Part shown: piece after piece, positions 18,408-28,891 of the stretch
Numbering within the stretch: position 1 is the stretch's first letter
Layout of the letters: each line of letters starts with the position of its first letter
From: Patescibacteria group bacterium
GTDB lineage: Bacteria; Patescibacteriota; Microgenomatia; UBA12405
Assembly (NCBI GenBank): GCA_018902845.1
Contig: JAHIPV010000013.1
Location: forward strand, 18,766 to 82,765
Direction: 5' to 3'
DNA: 64,000 bases
The notes under the pieces: generated by a model
Told to the model about the DNA's origin: nothing
The model's input: only the letters and a program-made list of their open reading frames with translations
The model's database searches: none
Translations under genes and position numbers: made by a program

Positions 18408-18605
18408 ATGTTTAAAAATCTAATCTCTCCAGTTCAAGCTTGGTTACTTTCACAGGGTCGTTGTGTTGGTTGTAGCATGCCACTTTCCAAGGGGAAAGAA
18501 AAAAAGGTTCGTGGCAAAATCACAACTACATGTAAGTGTGGGCGTATTTTTATTCACGATAAAAAGAACAACAAATACCGACGCGCTCTTTTCAGTGAAA
18601 TATAA
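18408..18605 (+). CDS. Small Cys-rich (CxxC...CxC) putative zinc-ribbon protein
   Basis: CVGC and CKC motifs; purine-rich GAGGGGG upstream; co-oriented in the cluster. Confidence 0.7.
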   Translation: MFKNLISPVQAWLLSQGRCVGCSMPLSKGKEKKVRGKITTTCKCGRIFIHDKKNNKYRRALFSEI

Positions 18606-18614
18606 AAAGCTTTA

Positions 18615-19577
18615 ATGAAAAAAATTTTTCTTTTTCTACTGGTTTTTTTACTTGTATCATTTTTTTGTGTTTTACTGTATTTTTATGTCGCTTCTCAATC
18701 GCATTCTTCCGATGATTCAAAAATTCCTTTTGTTATCAACAGGGGAGACGGTTTGAAATCTATCAGCCAAAGGTTAAAAGATAACAACCTGATTAAAGAT
18801 CGGTTAGTGTTTATTGTCAGTGCTCATGTATTAGGATTAAATGACAAGCTTCAGGCTGGCAACTTTCAGCTTTCTTCCAATATGACTTCAAATCAAATAA
18901 TTTATCGCTTATCAAGTGGTGGTAATAACGATTATTGGGTTAAACTGGTAGAAGGTTGGAGAAATGAAGAAATAGCCACCTATTTTCAACAAAAAAATAT
19001 TTTTGATCCAAAATATTTTCTTATTCAGAACGATCTTCAGCAAGGATATATTTTTCCCGACAGTTATTTAGTCCCAATAGAGACAAATACGGATGATTTT
19101 TTACAAATAGTTTCAAAGAATTTTAATAAAAAATTGCAACAAGCCTCACAGGACCCAACCATCAGTCTTTCACCCCAAGAAAGTATAATTCTTGCCTCTA
19201 TTTTGGAACGTGAAGCTAGAACTTTAAAATCCAAACAGGAAATTGCCGGGATTTTATTAAATCGACTTAGTATTAACATGGCTCTTCAGGTTGACGCCAC
19301 CGTTCAGTATGCCAGAGATTCTGGCCTACCCAAACCAGAAGAATATTGGAAACCGATTAAAAAAACAGATTTACAGGTCAACTCCCCATACAACACTTAT
19401 ATATATACCAACCTACCACCCTCTCCCATTTGCAACCCAGGCTATGACTCTCTGTACGCCTCTTTTCATCCGATCGAATCGGATTATCTTTATTACATCA
19501 CAGGAAAAGACGGAAACATGTACTACGCCAAAACACTGGAAGAACATAACATCAACATCGCCAACTATCTCAGATAA
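18615..19577 (+). CDS. mltG: Endolytic transglycosylase MltG
   Basis: TM, LQAG.F, EGW, GYIFPD.Y, LASI.ERE, NRL...M.LQ.DAT, SPYNTY, LPP.PI.NPG. Confidence 0.94.
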   Translation: MKKIFLFLLVFLLVSFFCVLLYFYVASQSHSSDDSKIPFVINRGDGLKSISQRLKDNNLIKDRLVFIVSAHVLGLNDKLQAGNFQLSSNMTSNQIIYRLSSGGNNDYWVKLVEGWRNEEIATYFQQKNIFDPKYFLIQNDLQQGYIFPDSYLVPIETNTDDFLQIVSKNFNKKLQQASQDPTISLSPQESIILASILEREARTLKSKQEIAGILLNRLSINMALQVDATVQYARDSGLPKPEEYWKPIKKTDLQVNSPYNTYIYTNLPPSPICNPGYDSLYASFHPIESDYLYYITGKDGNMYYAKTLEEHNINIANYLR

Positions 19578-19578
19578 G

Positions 19579-20613
19579 TTAATTTTTTTTATTTATCAAC
19601 TTTTCCAATACCTTCCATCTTTTCTTTTTTATTTTCATCGGCACATTATCCTCATATAATTTTGCTGCCAAAGTTCCCCTTCTGGGCGAATATTTGTTCA
19701 AGTAAGCTATTTCAAAACCTACTTTTTTACAAAGTTCTACTGTATTTTTAAAAGCTTTCTTGGTTTCTCCCGGAAATCCGACGATAATATCAGTACTAAA
19801 TCTAACCCCTTTTATTCTTTTCCTAATTTTTCTAACTAAACTCAAATATTCTTTTGAGGTATAAGGTCTCTTCATTTTTTTTAAAATTTCATCATCTCCG
19901 GATTGCAAAGGCAAATGAATTAATCGGTCAATATTTTTATATTTTGATATCACTTCGATTAATTCATCGGAAAAATCCCACGGATTACTGCTGATAAAAG
20001 AAATATTTTTTAATTTTTTTTTGGCTATTTTTTCCAGTAATTTAAAAAAGGAACTTGTCTTATCAAAATCAGCTCCGTATGAGTTCACGTTTTGTCCCAC
20101 CAGCAAAATTTTTTCTACCCCTTCCTTGATATGTCTATCTACTTCTTTAATTATTTTTTTAAAATTTTTTGATTTTTCTCTACCTCGACAGAAAGGTACA
20201 ATGCAATAAGAACAAAAATTATTGCAACCATTACTAATTGATATCAAGGCCCTATCGTCTTCTTGGGCAGAAAAACCTTCAAAAACCTTAATTCTGCTAA
20301 TTTCTGGAAAATTATTTTTAATTTTTCCTAGTTTCTTTTTATTTTGCAAAAGCAGGCGGGCTAAACATCCGCTCAATAATACCTTAGGCCTATTTTTCCC
20401 TAATTTTCTTATATTATTAATCAATCCGTAAACTCTGTTTTCTGCAGTTTCACGAACGATACAACTGTTTATAATTACCAAATCCGATTTTCTATAATCA
20501 TAAACTTCTATAAACCCTTTTTTTAAAAAATCATTTCTAATTTTTTCCGAATCAATCACATTTTGGATACAACCAAAGGTTTTTATATAAAATTTTTTCT
20601 TTTTACCAAGCAT
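19579..20613 (-). CDS. miaB: MiaB-like tRNA methylthiotransferase (radical SAM) lacking TRAM domain
   Basis: TFGC..N..DSE, INSC, GCNNFCSYC.VP..RG.E.S, GQNVNSY, HLP.QSG, TDIIVGFPGET; start moved to ATG 20613 (TAGAAT upstream). Confidence 0.85.
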   Translation of the reverse strand: MLGKKKKFYIKTFGCIQNVIDSEKIRNDFLKKGFIEVYDYRKSDLVIINSCIVRETAENRVYGLINNIRKLGKNRPKVLLSGCLARLLLQNKKKLGKIKNNFPEISRIKVFEGFSAQEDDRALISISNGCNNFCSYCIVPFCRGREKSKNFKKIIKEVDRHIKEGVEKILLVGQNVNSYGADFDKTSSFFKLLEKIAKKKLKNISFISSNPWDFSDELIEVISKYKNIDRLIHLPLQSGDDEILKKMKRPYTSKEYLSLVRKIRKRIKGVRFSTDIIVGFPGETKKAFKNTVELCKKVGFEIAYLNKYSPRRGTLAAKLYEDNVPMKIKKKRWKVLEKLINKKN

Positions 20614-20684
20614 ACAAGCCAATTCTATCAAAACAAAAACAATTCTCGATTGACACAGTTTCCAAAAAATGGCAATATTAAAAC

Positions 20685-21245
20685 ATGGCATCCATATCTG
20701 ATAGTGATAAAAAATACCAAGAAATTCTTGATAAATACGCAAGACAAATGAAACCTGAGAGTCAAGTTCTCGTAGAACCCCAAACGGAACCCGTATCGGA
20801 AGTTCCAACATCATCGCCGATTTTAAGCCAAACACACGAGCTCCCTAACCCTTCTTTGCCCCCAATTCCGCCCCAACCACCACCAATCTCAAGTAAAGCT
20901 CTAAACATCCCAATTGATCAAAATCAGCCGGGTATTAACGTACCACCAAAAGACAATCTATCCAATTTTTTTAAATTTCTTTTTTATATATCTGTTTTGA
21001 TCTTTCTTTTTATAGTTATTGTCATTGTTCGTGATTACTTCAAGCTCCAGGCTTTAAGTTCAGTCAAAATTACAGAACCGGTCCCAGAAACAAAAAATAT
21101 TGTTCCGGAAACAGAAAAGGAAGGCTGTGTGGTAAATGATAATTTATACAAAGTAGGGGAAACTTTTGATGCGGCAGATGGTTGCAATCAATGCGAGTGT
21201 GGACCCGAATTTACAATTCTTTGTTCAGAAAAAGAGTGTCCCTGA
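20685..21245 (+). CDS. Membrane protein with Pro-rich N-terminus and C-terminal 6-Cys pacifastin/VWC-like domain
   Basis: TM helix, then C-x18-CNxCxC-x7-C-x4-C; TTGACA-17-CAATAT-6-ATG. Confidence 0.7.
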   Translation: MASISDSDKKYQEILDKYARQMKPESQVLVEPQTEPVSEVPTSSPILSQTHELPNPSLPPIPPQPPPISSKALNIPIDQNQPGINVPPKDNLSNFFKFLFYISVLIFLFIVIVIVRDYFKLQALSSVKITEPVPETKNIVPETEKEGCVVNDNLYKVGETFDAADGCNQCECGPEFTILCSEKECP

Positions 21246-21255
21246 AACCAGCTTG

Positions 21256-21284
21256 TTGACCGCCTTTATTAAGGAGGCTATAAT
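21256..21284 (+). promoter_or_regulatory. Sigma70 promoter of rpoBC
   Basis: TTGACC-17 nt-TATAAT. Confidence 0.65.
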
Positions 21285-21297
21285 ACCAAGATCTTTC

Positions 21298-21323
21298 AGC
21301 TAGCGTAAGCTCAGCTTTTTTTT
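21298..21323 (+). terminator. Terminator-like hairpin in the rpoB leader
   Basis: AGCT-AGC-GTAA-GCT-C-AGCT stem with a GNRA loop, followed by 7 T. Confidence 0.45.
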
Positions 21324-21350
21324 GTTATCAACCACATCCATAAAAACTTG

Positions 21351-24300
21351 ATGAGTCAAAAGAAACGAACCAATTGGGGAGTAAAATATCAAAATTTACC
21401 CAAATTGAATTTAATCCATGTACAAAAGAGTTCCTGGTTTGAGTTTTTGGAAAAAGGTTTAAAAAAAACGATTCAGTCCGTCTCTTCTATAACCGATTAC
21501 ACCGGAAACAACTGGATTCTTGAAATTAATGACGTATTTTTTGATCCAATTACGACGACTCCGGCGTTTGCCAAGGCAAAGGGATTGAATTTTTCCATTC
21601 CTGTCAAAATTAAAACAAAATTAACCAACAAAAGGACCAGCCAAACAAAAGAAGAAAATGTTTTTCTATTAAACCTTCCTACCATGACTCCAGAAGGTAC
21701 CTTTATTATAAATGGTATTGAGAGAGGGGTGATTAATCAGCTGGTCAGATCTCCGGGGGTTTACTTCACCAAAGAAACAGACAAGTCCACGGGTAAAACC
21801 TTATTTAACGCCGAAATTAGGCCGATTAGGGGTTCTTGGTTGGAATTTTTTGTTGGCAAAAAAAATGTTATCTTTGCCAGAATTGACCGTAAACGAAAAC
21901 TTCCTGCCACTACGCTTTTAAGGGCCGTTGGTGGATTCTCGGATAAAGAACTTATAAAAGAATTCTCTGATTTTATATCTACAACCATACAAGCTGATCC
22001 TTCTAAAACCAGAGAAGAAGGCCTTGTAGAGTTTTACAAGAAACTTAGACCAGGCGAACCAATTGTTTTAGAAAATGCGGAAAGGTTTTTTAAAGATAGA
22101 TTTTTTGATTTAAGGAGTTATGAGCTTGGTAGAGTTGGACGTTACAAGATCAATCAAAAATTCAATTTTAGCTTAAACGACAAAGACCAAGATAATTGGA
22201 TTATAAAAAAAGAAGATTTAATAGCAACAATCAAATATTTAATCCAACTTCAAAAAGGTGAAGTTGGGGAAGTTGACGACATTGACAGCCTTGCCAACCG
22301 AAGATTAAGAAGAGCGGGCGAAATTGTTTCTCAGATTGCCTTAAAACCAGCTCTTGCTAGATTCGAAAGAATGATAAAAGAAAGAATGAGTTTGATTAGT
22401 ACAAAGGAAATGCCTTCTCCTTCTCAGATGATTAATCCCCAGCCATTGGTTTCTTCTCTTAATACATTTTTCAGATCTAATCAACTTTCTTCAATTTTGG
22501 ATCAAACCAATCCGTTGGCGGAAATAGATCTTCTGAGAAGAGTTACCGTAATTGGTGTCGGAGGTCTGACCCGCGAAAGAGCTGCTTTTTCTATCAGAGA
22601 TGTTCACGCCACTCAATATGGTCGTATCTGTACCGTAAGAACACCGGAAGGCCCCAATATTGGTTTGGTAACTTATCTGGCTATCTATAGTCAAATTGAC
22701 GAATATGGTTTTATTCAAGCGCCATATAGAAAAGTAACCAAAGATAAAAAAGGTTATAAAATTTCCGACAAACACGTTTATCTTGATGCTGCACAGGAAT
22801 ATAATTTCCATATTTCCCATCTCAATATAGGCATTGATAAAAATAACTACATAACACAAAAATGGATCCCTTTAAGGTTTCGTGGAGAATTTGTAGAGGG
22901 GCCGATCGATCAGTTGGATTATATTGATTTGGTCCCTAATCAAATCGTTGGTACATCAGCTTCTCTAATACCTTTTATTTCCCACGACGATGCCACAAGA
23001 TCTTTGATGGGTTCCCACATGCAATGTCAAGCTGTACCCCTAGTCAAAACCGAAGCTCCTATTGTTGGCACCGGGATGGAAATAGCTATTGCAACCGCAC
23101 TTCACCGAAGTGTAAGAGCCAACAACGATGGTAAGGTCACAAAAGCAGATAGTGACAAAATCATTGTTAAACTGAAAAAGAAATTAAATGATGCCAAGGC
23201 AGCTAACTTTCCAAGCCAAATCAGTCAAGACGGTAAATATGAAACCTACACCCTTGATAAATTCAACAGAACCAGTCCTTATGGCACCTGTTACAATCAA
23301 AAAATTACCGTTAATGTCGGCGATTCTATTAAAAAAGGTGATCTATTGATCGACGGTCCATCTACTGATGATGGCTATTTGGCAATCGGGAAAAACCTTT
23401 TGGTGGCATACACGTCTATAGATGGACTTACCTTTGAAGATTCTTTTGTCATTTCTGATCGTCTCGTTAAGGGGGATGTTCTCACTTCTATTCAGATATA
23501 TCAGTATGTTGCTCAGGTGGTGGAGACAAAACTGGGTTCGGAAGAACTAACAAAGGATATTCCGAATGTTTCAGAAAATGAATTAGCCAAGTTAACCGAA
23601 GATGGCATAGTTATGACGGGAGCCACTGTTAGTTCCAACCACATCCTGGTTGGTAAGGTAGAACCTAGAGGAGAAAAAGAACTTACGGCAGAAGAAAGAC
23701 TTTTAAGGGCTATTTTTGGTGAAAAAGCAAAAGATGTTAAAGACACAAGTCTTAGAGTTCCTCACGGAGAGGGCGGTGTCGTAATAAAAGTAGACATTTT
23801 AGATAAAGAAAACGGTGATGAACTGGGGCCGGGTATTAACAAAATAGTCAAAATTTATGTAGCCCAGATGAGACGCATTGAAGAAGGCGATAAGATTTCT
23901 GGTAGACATGGAAACAAAGGGGTTATTTGCCGTATTATGCCGGAATCAGACATGCCCTATTTAGATGATGGCACTCCTGTTGATTTATTAATCTCCCCGC
24001 TATCCGTCATATCCAGAATGAATCTAGGTCAAATTCTTGAAACTAATCTTGGCTATGCCGGACATGAACTAGGTAAAAATTATTCTGTTCCGGTTTTTGA
24101 AAAATATTCAGAAGAAAAAATTGTTAACGAATTAAAAAAAGCTGGTCTTCCGGCAGATGGCAAAATCCAGCTTTTTGATGGAAGGACAGGCTTACCTTTT
24201 GATCAAAAAACAGTAACCGGTTTTGGTTATATTCTAAAACTCGTTCACATGGTCGATGACAAAGTCCATGCGCGATCTACAGGTCCATATTCCTTGGTCA

Positions 24301-24653
24301 CACAACAGCCTCTGGGTGGTAAGGCTAGAATGGGTGGACAGCGTCTTGGAGAAATGGAGGTTTGGGCCCTAGAAGCTCATCGCGCTGCTCATACCCTACA
24401 AGAGATGTTGACTATCAAGTCAGACGACATTGAAGGAAGATCGCAGGCGTTTCAGGCAATCATTAAGGGTCTTGCTATTCCGGAACCATCGGTCCCGGAA
24501 TCTTTTAAAGTTTTAACCAAAGAATTAGCCGGTTTGGGAATAAATATAACACCAGTAAACCCTATGGAAGAAGACGATTCAGATGATAAAGAAGAGATTA
24601 AAAACGATACAAAAAATAAACCCAAAAAAGTTAAAAAATCGGAGGCAACATAA
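21351..24653 (+). CDS. rpoB: RNA polymerase beta subunit
   Basis: GTFIING.ER, QLVRSPG, TPEGPNIGL, GDK.SGRHGNKG, KL.HMVDDK.HARSTGPY, GGQRLGEMEVWALEA. Confidence 0.98.
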   Translation: MSQKKRTNWGVKYQNLPKLNLIHVQKSSWFEFLEKGLKKTIQSVSSITDYTGNNWILEINDVFFDPITTTPAFAKAKGLNFSIPVKIKTKLTNKRTSQTKEENVFLLNLPTMTPEGTFIINGIERGVINQLVRSPGVYFTKETDKSTGKTLFNAEIRPIRGSWLEFFVGKKNVIFARIDRKRKLPATTLLRAVGGFSDKELIKEFSDFISTTIQADPSKTREEGLVEFYKKLRPGEPIVLENAERFFKDRFFDLRSYELGRVGRYKINQKFNFSLNDKDQDNWIIKKEDLIATIKYLIQLQKGEVGEVDDIDSLANRRLRRAGEIVSQIALKPALARFERMIKERMSLISTKEMPSPSQMINPQPLVSSLNTFFRSNQLSSILDQTNPLAEIDLLRRVTVIGVGGLTRERAAFSIRDVHATQYGRICTVRTPEGPNIGLVTYLAIYSQIDEYGFIQAPYRKVTKDKKGYKISDKHVYLDAAQEYNFHISHLNIGIDKNNYITQKWIPLRFRGEFVEGPIDQLDYIDLVPNQIVGTSASLIPFISHDDATRSLMGSHMQCQAVPLVKTEAPIVGTGMEIAIATALHRSVRANNDGKVTKADSDKIIVKLKKKLNDAKAANFPSQISQDGKYETYTLDKFNRTSPYGTCYNQKITVNVGDSIKKGDLLIDGPSTDDGYLAIGKNLLVAYTSIDGLTFEDSFVISDRLVKGDVLTSIQIYQYVAQVVETKLGSEELTKDIPNVSENELAKLTEDGIVMTGATVSSNHILVGKVEPRGEKELTAEERLLRAIFGEKAKDVKDTSLRVPHGEGGVVIKVDILDKENGDELGPGINKIVKIYVAQMRRIEEGDKISGRHGNKGVICRIMPESDMPYLDDGTPVDLLISPLSVISRMNLGQILETNLGYAGHELGKNYSVPVFEKYSEEKIVNELKKAGLPADGKIQLFDGRTGLPFDQKTVTGFGYILKLVHMVDDKVHARSTGPYSLVTQQPLGGKARMGGQRLGEMEVWALEAHRAAHTLQEMLTIKSDDIEGRSQAFQAIIKGLAIPEPSVPESFKVLTKELAGLGINITPVNPMEEDDSDDKEEIKNDTKNKPKKVKKSEAT

Positions 24654-27600
24654 ATGAACAAATTTAAAAATATTAGTAATTTTTCTGGGCTAAAGATACA
24701 ACTGGCCTCCCCTAAGCAAATTCTTCAGTGGTCTAGCGGTGAAGTTACTAAACCGGAAACAATAAATTATCGTACATGGAAGCCAGAAAAAGATGGGCTA
24801 TTTTGTGAAAAAATTTTTGGTCCCAGCAAGGATTACGAATGTTACTGCGGAAAATACAAGAAAATCCGATTTAAAGGAGTTATTTGCGATAAATGTGGTG
24901 TTCAGGTGACAACATCTAAAGTCAGAAGGGAACGCATGGGTCATATTGATGTCGCCACCCCCGTTGCCCATCTTTGGTTTTTGAAGAACGCTCCGTCACC
25001 CCTTTCTCTTATACTGGATGTTCCGCAAAAAGATCTCGAAGCGGTCGTTTATTTTACCAAATATTTAGTTATTAGTATTGAATCCGGTAAAAGAAAAGAG
25101 GCCATCAACAATCTTAAGGATAATTCCAAAAAACGTTGTTTAGATATAGATAAACAAACAAAAGACACTATCGAAAAACAAAAAGATTTGTCAAAAAAAG
25201 AAAAAGAAAAACTCAGTAAAAAAATAAAAAATAAAGATCAACTGACAATTGCCATTGAAGAAATTGAAATAAAATTAAGCCAGGAAATTCAAAAAATAAA
25301 AAACAAAGCCAAAGCGGAAAAAGACAAAACTCAAAATCTAGTCGAATTTTTGGAGGATAAAATCAAATCCATATCCATTTTAAGCATTCTTACCGACGAT
25401 GAAGTTTTTTACCTATCTCAATTCAAGGCCGATATATTTTTCAAAATCGCCATGGGAGCTGGTGCTCTTTTGGATATTTTGAAAAACATTGATGTTAGTA
25501 AAACTGTCAAAAATCTTAAAAAAGAATTGTCCAAAACTAACAGTAAAATGAAAAAAAAGAAATTGATGCGCAAAATCAGAATCCTAAACGGAATGCTCAA
25601 AAGCCAAACGGATCCATCTTGGATGATTTTGACCAGGATTCCGATTATACCGCCAGATTTGAGACCAATGGTGCAACTGACAGGAGGTAGGTTTGCAACC
25701 TCAGATCTTAACGATTTATATAGAAGGCTTATTAACAGAAACAACCGTCTTAAGAAATTGCTTAGATTAGGTGCTCCGGAAATTATTTTAAGAAATGAGA
25801 AGAGAATGCTTCAAGAATCGGTTGATAGTTTGATCGATTCTCAAAAAACAGCTAAAAATAAAAGGAGAACCTACAAACGCATCCCCAGATCACTTTCAGA
25901 TTTACTGCGGGGCAAAAAGGGCCGTTTTAGAAGGAATCTACTAGGAAAGAGGGTTGATTATTCCGGTCGATCGGTTATCGTAGTAGGTCCAGAGTTAAAA
26001 CTAGACGAGGTTGGATTACCAAAAAAAATAGCATTGGAAATGTATCGCCCTTTTGTTATTAGGGAATTAATGGCCCTTGGTCTTGCACCTAATATAAAGA
26101 GTGCAAAAAATCTAATTGATCATGAAGTTAACGAAGTTTACGATATTCTTGAGCTCGTAACCAAAAAAAGCTATGTACTTTTGAATCGTGCTCCTACTCT
26201 TCACAAATTATCGATTCAATCTTTTAAACCAAAATTAATTGACGGATTAGCCATCCGATTGCATCCATGTGTCTGTGCTGGTTTTAATGCTGACTTTGAT
26301 GGAGACCAGATGGGTGTTCACTTGCCTTTATCCAAAAAAGCCATTAAAGAAGCCAAAAAACTAATGCTTCCCTCAAAAAATATACTTAAACCATCTGATG
26401 GTAATCCGGTCCTTGTTCCCACTCAAGAAATGGCTGTTGGCTGTTACTATATTACCTCCATAAGACAACAAGATATGGATAAGGTAGGGGGAGAAGGAAT
26501 AAAAGATATTCCGATTTTTTCTGATAAAAACGAAGCTGAACTAGCTTATCAAACCCAAAAAATAAACTTAAGACAACTAATTGCCGTCAGGATAAACAAC
26601 AAAATTATAAAAACTTCACTAGGAAGAATAAAATTTAATGATACTCTTCCCAAGGAATTTAATTTTATAAATACTCCGGTACCAGGCGGAAAATTCATAA
26701 AAGATGTTTTAATCAAATCATTAAAAATAGCCGGTAGAAAAAAAACAGTCAAGCTAATAGATGCTCTAAAAGATATTGGTTTCTTTGGTTTTGGACTATC
26801 AGGTATTTCTTTGTCTGTTAGGGATTGTGGATTTTTACCCAAAAAAGATAAACTTCTTTCTCAAGCCGAAGAAAAAATACACGAAATCGAGAATAATTTT
26901 AATCTCGGTTTAATTACCTCAGAAGAAAAAAAGAGATTAGCTCAATCGGTTTGGATGGATGTTACAGAGGATATAGCCCAAAAAACTTGGGCCACTCTGA
27001 GTCCCGACTCGCCGATAAAAATTGTTTCTGCCGCAGGAATTAAACGCGCTTCAAAGGATCAAATTAAACAGCTATCTGGTATTAGAGGTCTTATGGTTGA
27101 CCCAACCGGACGTATCGTTCCTTTGCCGACAAAATCAAATTTCAGAGAAGGCCTATCTCCTTTTGAGTACGTTACGGGAACCAGGGGGACAAGAAAAGGT
27201 TTGGCTGATACAGCCCTAAAAACTGCTGACGCTGGTTATCTTACCAGGCGTTTAGTTGATGCATCTCATGCTTGCTTGGTGAGAGAAGAAGACTGTAAAA
27301 CTAAAGATTTCCTTACTATCAGTAGTGATGATAAAAACAGAGAAAGATTCTTCTTGAAAAGAATTATTGGTCGTACTTTAGCTACGGATATTATCGATCC
27401 AAAAACTAAAAAAACTTTAATCAAGAAAGGGGTTTTAATCGACGATGAACTGCTAAGTCTGATCGAGGAAAAACAAATACGATCAGTTGATGTCCGATCT
27501 CCCATAAAATGTAAATCAATCAACAGTATTTGCCAGAAATGCTATGGTTGGGATTTGTCTACAAGAAAAATGGTTGATTTAGGTGTCCCGGTCGGAGTTA

Positions 27601-28379
27601 TCGCCGCTCAATCAATTGGCGAGCCGGGGACACAATTAACACTCAGAACCAAGCATACTGGCGGTGTTCTTGGTGTCGACGTTACCCAGGGTTTACCCCG
27701 TGTACAAGAGCTTTTTGAAATAAGAACACCCAAATTACCGTCTCCTTTGGCAGAAATATCTGGTAAGGTACACATTAAAGAGGGTACAGATGCCTACGAA
27801 ATTAGACTAGTTGGCAAAGACGATAAAAATGTTAAAAAAACTATAAATTATTTATTGCCATTAAATGTCAACCTTTCTGTTTCTGATGGTGATTTGGTTG
27901 CAAAAGGATTGCAATTTTGTTCTGGGAGTTTAGATGTTAGAGAAATTTTGGCAGTTAAGGGTATTGGAGCGGCTCAAAAATATTTGATTGATAACATACA
28001 GGGAGTATACGAATCACAGGGAATTTCGGTTCACGATAAACATTTTGAAATTTTGGTTAAAGAAATGAGTGATAAAGTTAAGGTAGAAAACCCAGGAGAT
28101 TCGATTTTTCTATATGGTCAATTTATCACCAGATCGGTCTATAATTCCACTAATGATGAGTTAAAGAAAACAAGAGGTAAACCAGTTCGTGGCAGAAAAG
28201 TCTTACTTGGGTTGATACAATCATCTTTGACTACCGATTCGTGGTTATCGGCTGCTTCTTTCCAGCAAACCACTAACATTCTTACCGAAGCATCTTTGTT
28301 AGGAGAAGTTGATAATTTGATAGGATTAAAAGAAAATGTTATCATCGGACGCTTAATACCAACAAAAGTTATACAATAA
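24654..28379 (+). CDS. rpoC: RNA polymerase beta' subunit
   Basis: PETINYRT, Zn finger, [21 protein letters not shown] active site, [11 protein letters not shown]. Confidence 0.98.
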   Translation: MNKFKNISNFSGLKIQLASPKQILQWSSGEVTKPETINYRTWKPEKDGLFCEKIFGPSKDYECYCGKYKKIRFKGVICDKCGVQVTTSKVRRERMGHIDVATPVAHLWFLKNAPSPLSLILDVPQKDLEAVVYFTKYLVISIESGKRKEAINNLKDNSKKRCLDIDKQTKDTIEKQKDLSKKEKEKLSKKIKNKDQLTIAIEEIEIKLSQEIQKIKNKAKAEKDKTQNLVEFLEDKIKSISILSILTDDEVFYLSQFKADIFFKIAMGAGALLDILKNIDVSKTVKNLKKELSKTNSKMKKKKLMRKIRILNGMLKSQTDPSWMILTRIPIIPPDLRPMVQLTGGRFATSDLNDLYRRLINRNNRLKKLLRLGAPEIILRNEKRMLQESVDSLIDSQKTAKNKRRTYKRIPRSLSDLLRGKKGRFRRNLLGKRVDYSGRSVIVVGPELKLDEVGLPKKIALEMYRPFVIRELMALGLAPNIKSAKNLIDHEVNEVYDILELVTKKSYVLLNRAPTLHKLSIQSFKPKLIDGLAIRLHPCVCAGFNADFDGDQMGVHLPLSKKAIKEAKKLMLPSKNILKPSDGNPVLVPTQEMAVGCYYITSIRQQDMDKVGGEGIKDIPIFSDKNEAELAYQTQKINLRQLIAVRINNKIIKTSLGRIKFNDTLPKEFNFINTPVPGGKFIKDVLIKSLKIAGRKKTVKLIDALKDIGFFGFGLSGISLSVRDCGFLPKKDKLLSQAEEKIHEIENNFNLGLITSEEKKRLAQSVWMDVTEDIAQKTWATLSPDSPIKIVSAAGIKRASKDQIKQLSGIRGLMVDPTGRIVPLPTKSNFREGLSPFEYVTGTRGTRKGLADTALKTADAGYLTRRLVDASHACLVREEDCKTKDFLTISSDDKNRERFFLKRIIGRTLATDIIDPKTKKTLIKKGVLIDDELLSLIEEKQIRSVDVRSPIKCKSINSICQKCYGWDLSTRKMVDLGVPVGVIAAQSIGEPGTQLTLRTKHTGGVLGVDVTQGLPRVQELFEIRTPKLPSPLAEISGKVHIKEGTDAYEIRLVGKDDKNVKKTINYLLPLNVNLSVSDGDLVAKGLQFCSGSLDVREILAVKGIGAAQKYLIDNIQGVYESQGISVHDKHFEILVKEMSDKVKVENPGDSIFLYGQFITRSVYNSTNDELKKTRGKPVRGRKVLLGLIQSSLTTDSWLSAASFQQTTNILTEASLLGEVDNLIGLKENVIIGRLIPTKVIQ

Positions 28380-28392
28380 AAAATTAATAAAT

Positions 28393-28872
28393 ATGCCAAC
28401 ATTTAACCAACTAACAAAAAAAGCTCGAAAAAAGCCGAAGAAAAAAATCAAAGCTAAGGCTCTAAGAAATAACTTTAATAGTATAAAAAACAAACTAGTC
28501 CAGACTTATAATCCCCAAAAAAAGGGAGTTGTAATTGTTGTCAAGACCATGACTCCAAAAAAGCCACACTCGGCTTTACGGAAAGTAGTCAAGGTGAGAC
28601 TTTCCAATCGAACAATAGTCACAGCTTATATACCAGGCGAAGGCCATAATTTGGCAGAACATGGAATAGTAGCTATTCGAGGAGGCAGAGTTAGAGATTT
28701 ACCGGGTGTCCGCTATCGTATTATCAGAGGTCGTCTTGATGCCGGATCAGTCGCTGATCGTAGACAATCCAGGAGTAAATATGGGACCAAGAAACCATCA
28801 ACTGGCCAAAATCAAACTACAGCCAAGCCAGTTAGTCAGCCAGTTGCAGATACCGCCACTGCCACAACTTAA
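28393..28872 (+). CDS. rpsL: 30S ribosomal protein S12
   Basis: [38 protein letters not shown]; extra 24-aa tail. Confidence 0.97.
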   Translation: MPTFNQLTKKARKKPKKKIKAKALRNNFNSIKNKLVQTYNPQKKGVVIVVKTMTPKKPHSALRKVVKVRLSNRTIVTAYIPGEGHNLAEHGIVAIRGGRVRDLPGVRYRIIRGRLDAGSVADRRQSRSKYGTKKPSTGQNQTTAKPVSQPVADTATATT

Positions 28873-28891
28873 TTTTTTATATTTTAATATT

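Noticed and set aside
20614-20835. 74-aa N-terminal extension of MiaB in the ORF track
   Set aside because: It overlaps the divergent gene at 20685; homology and a -10 box point to ATG 20613
28706-28891. Extended starts for rpsG (and similarly rplP, rpsQ, rplX, rplO, adk, udg)
   Set aside because: They overlap upstream genes; the family N-termini begin at downstream ATGs
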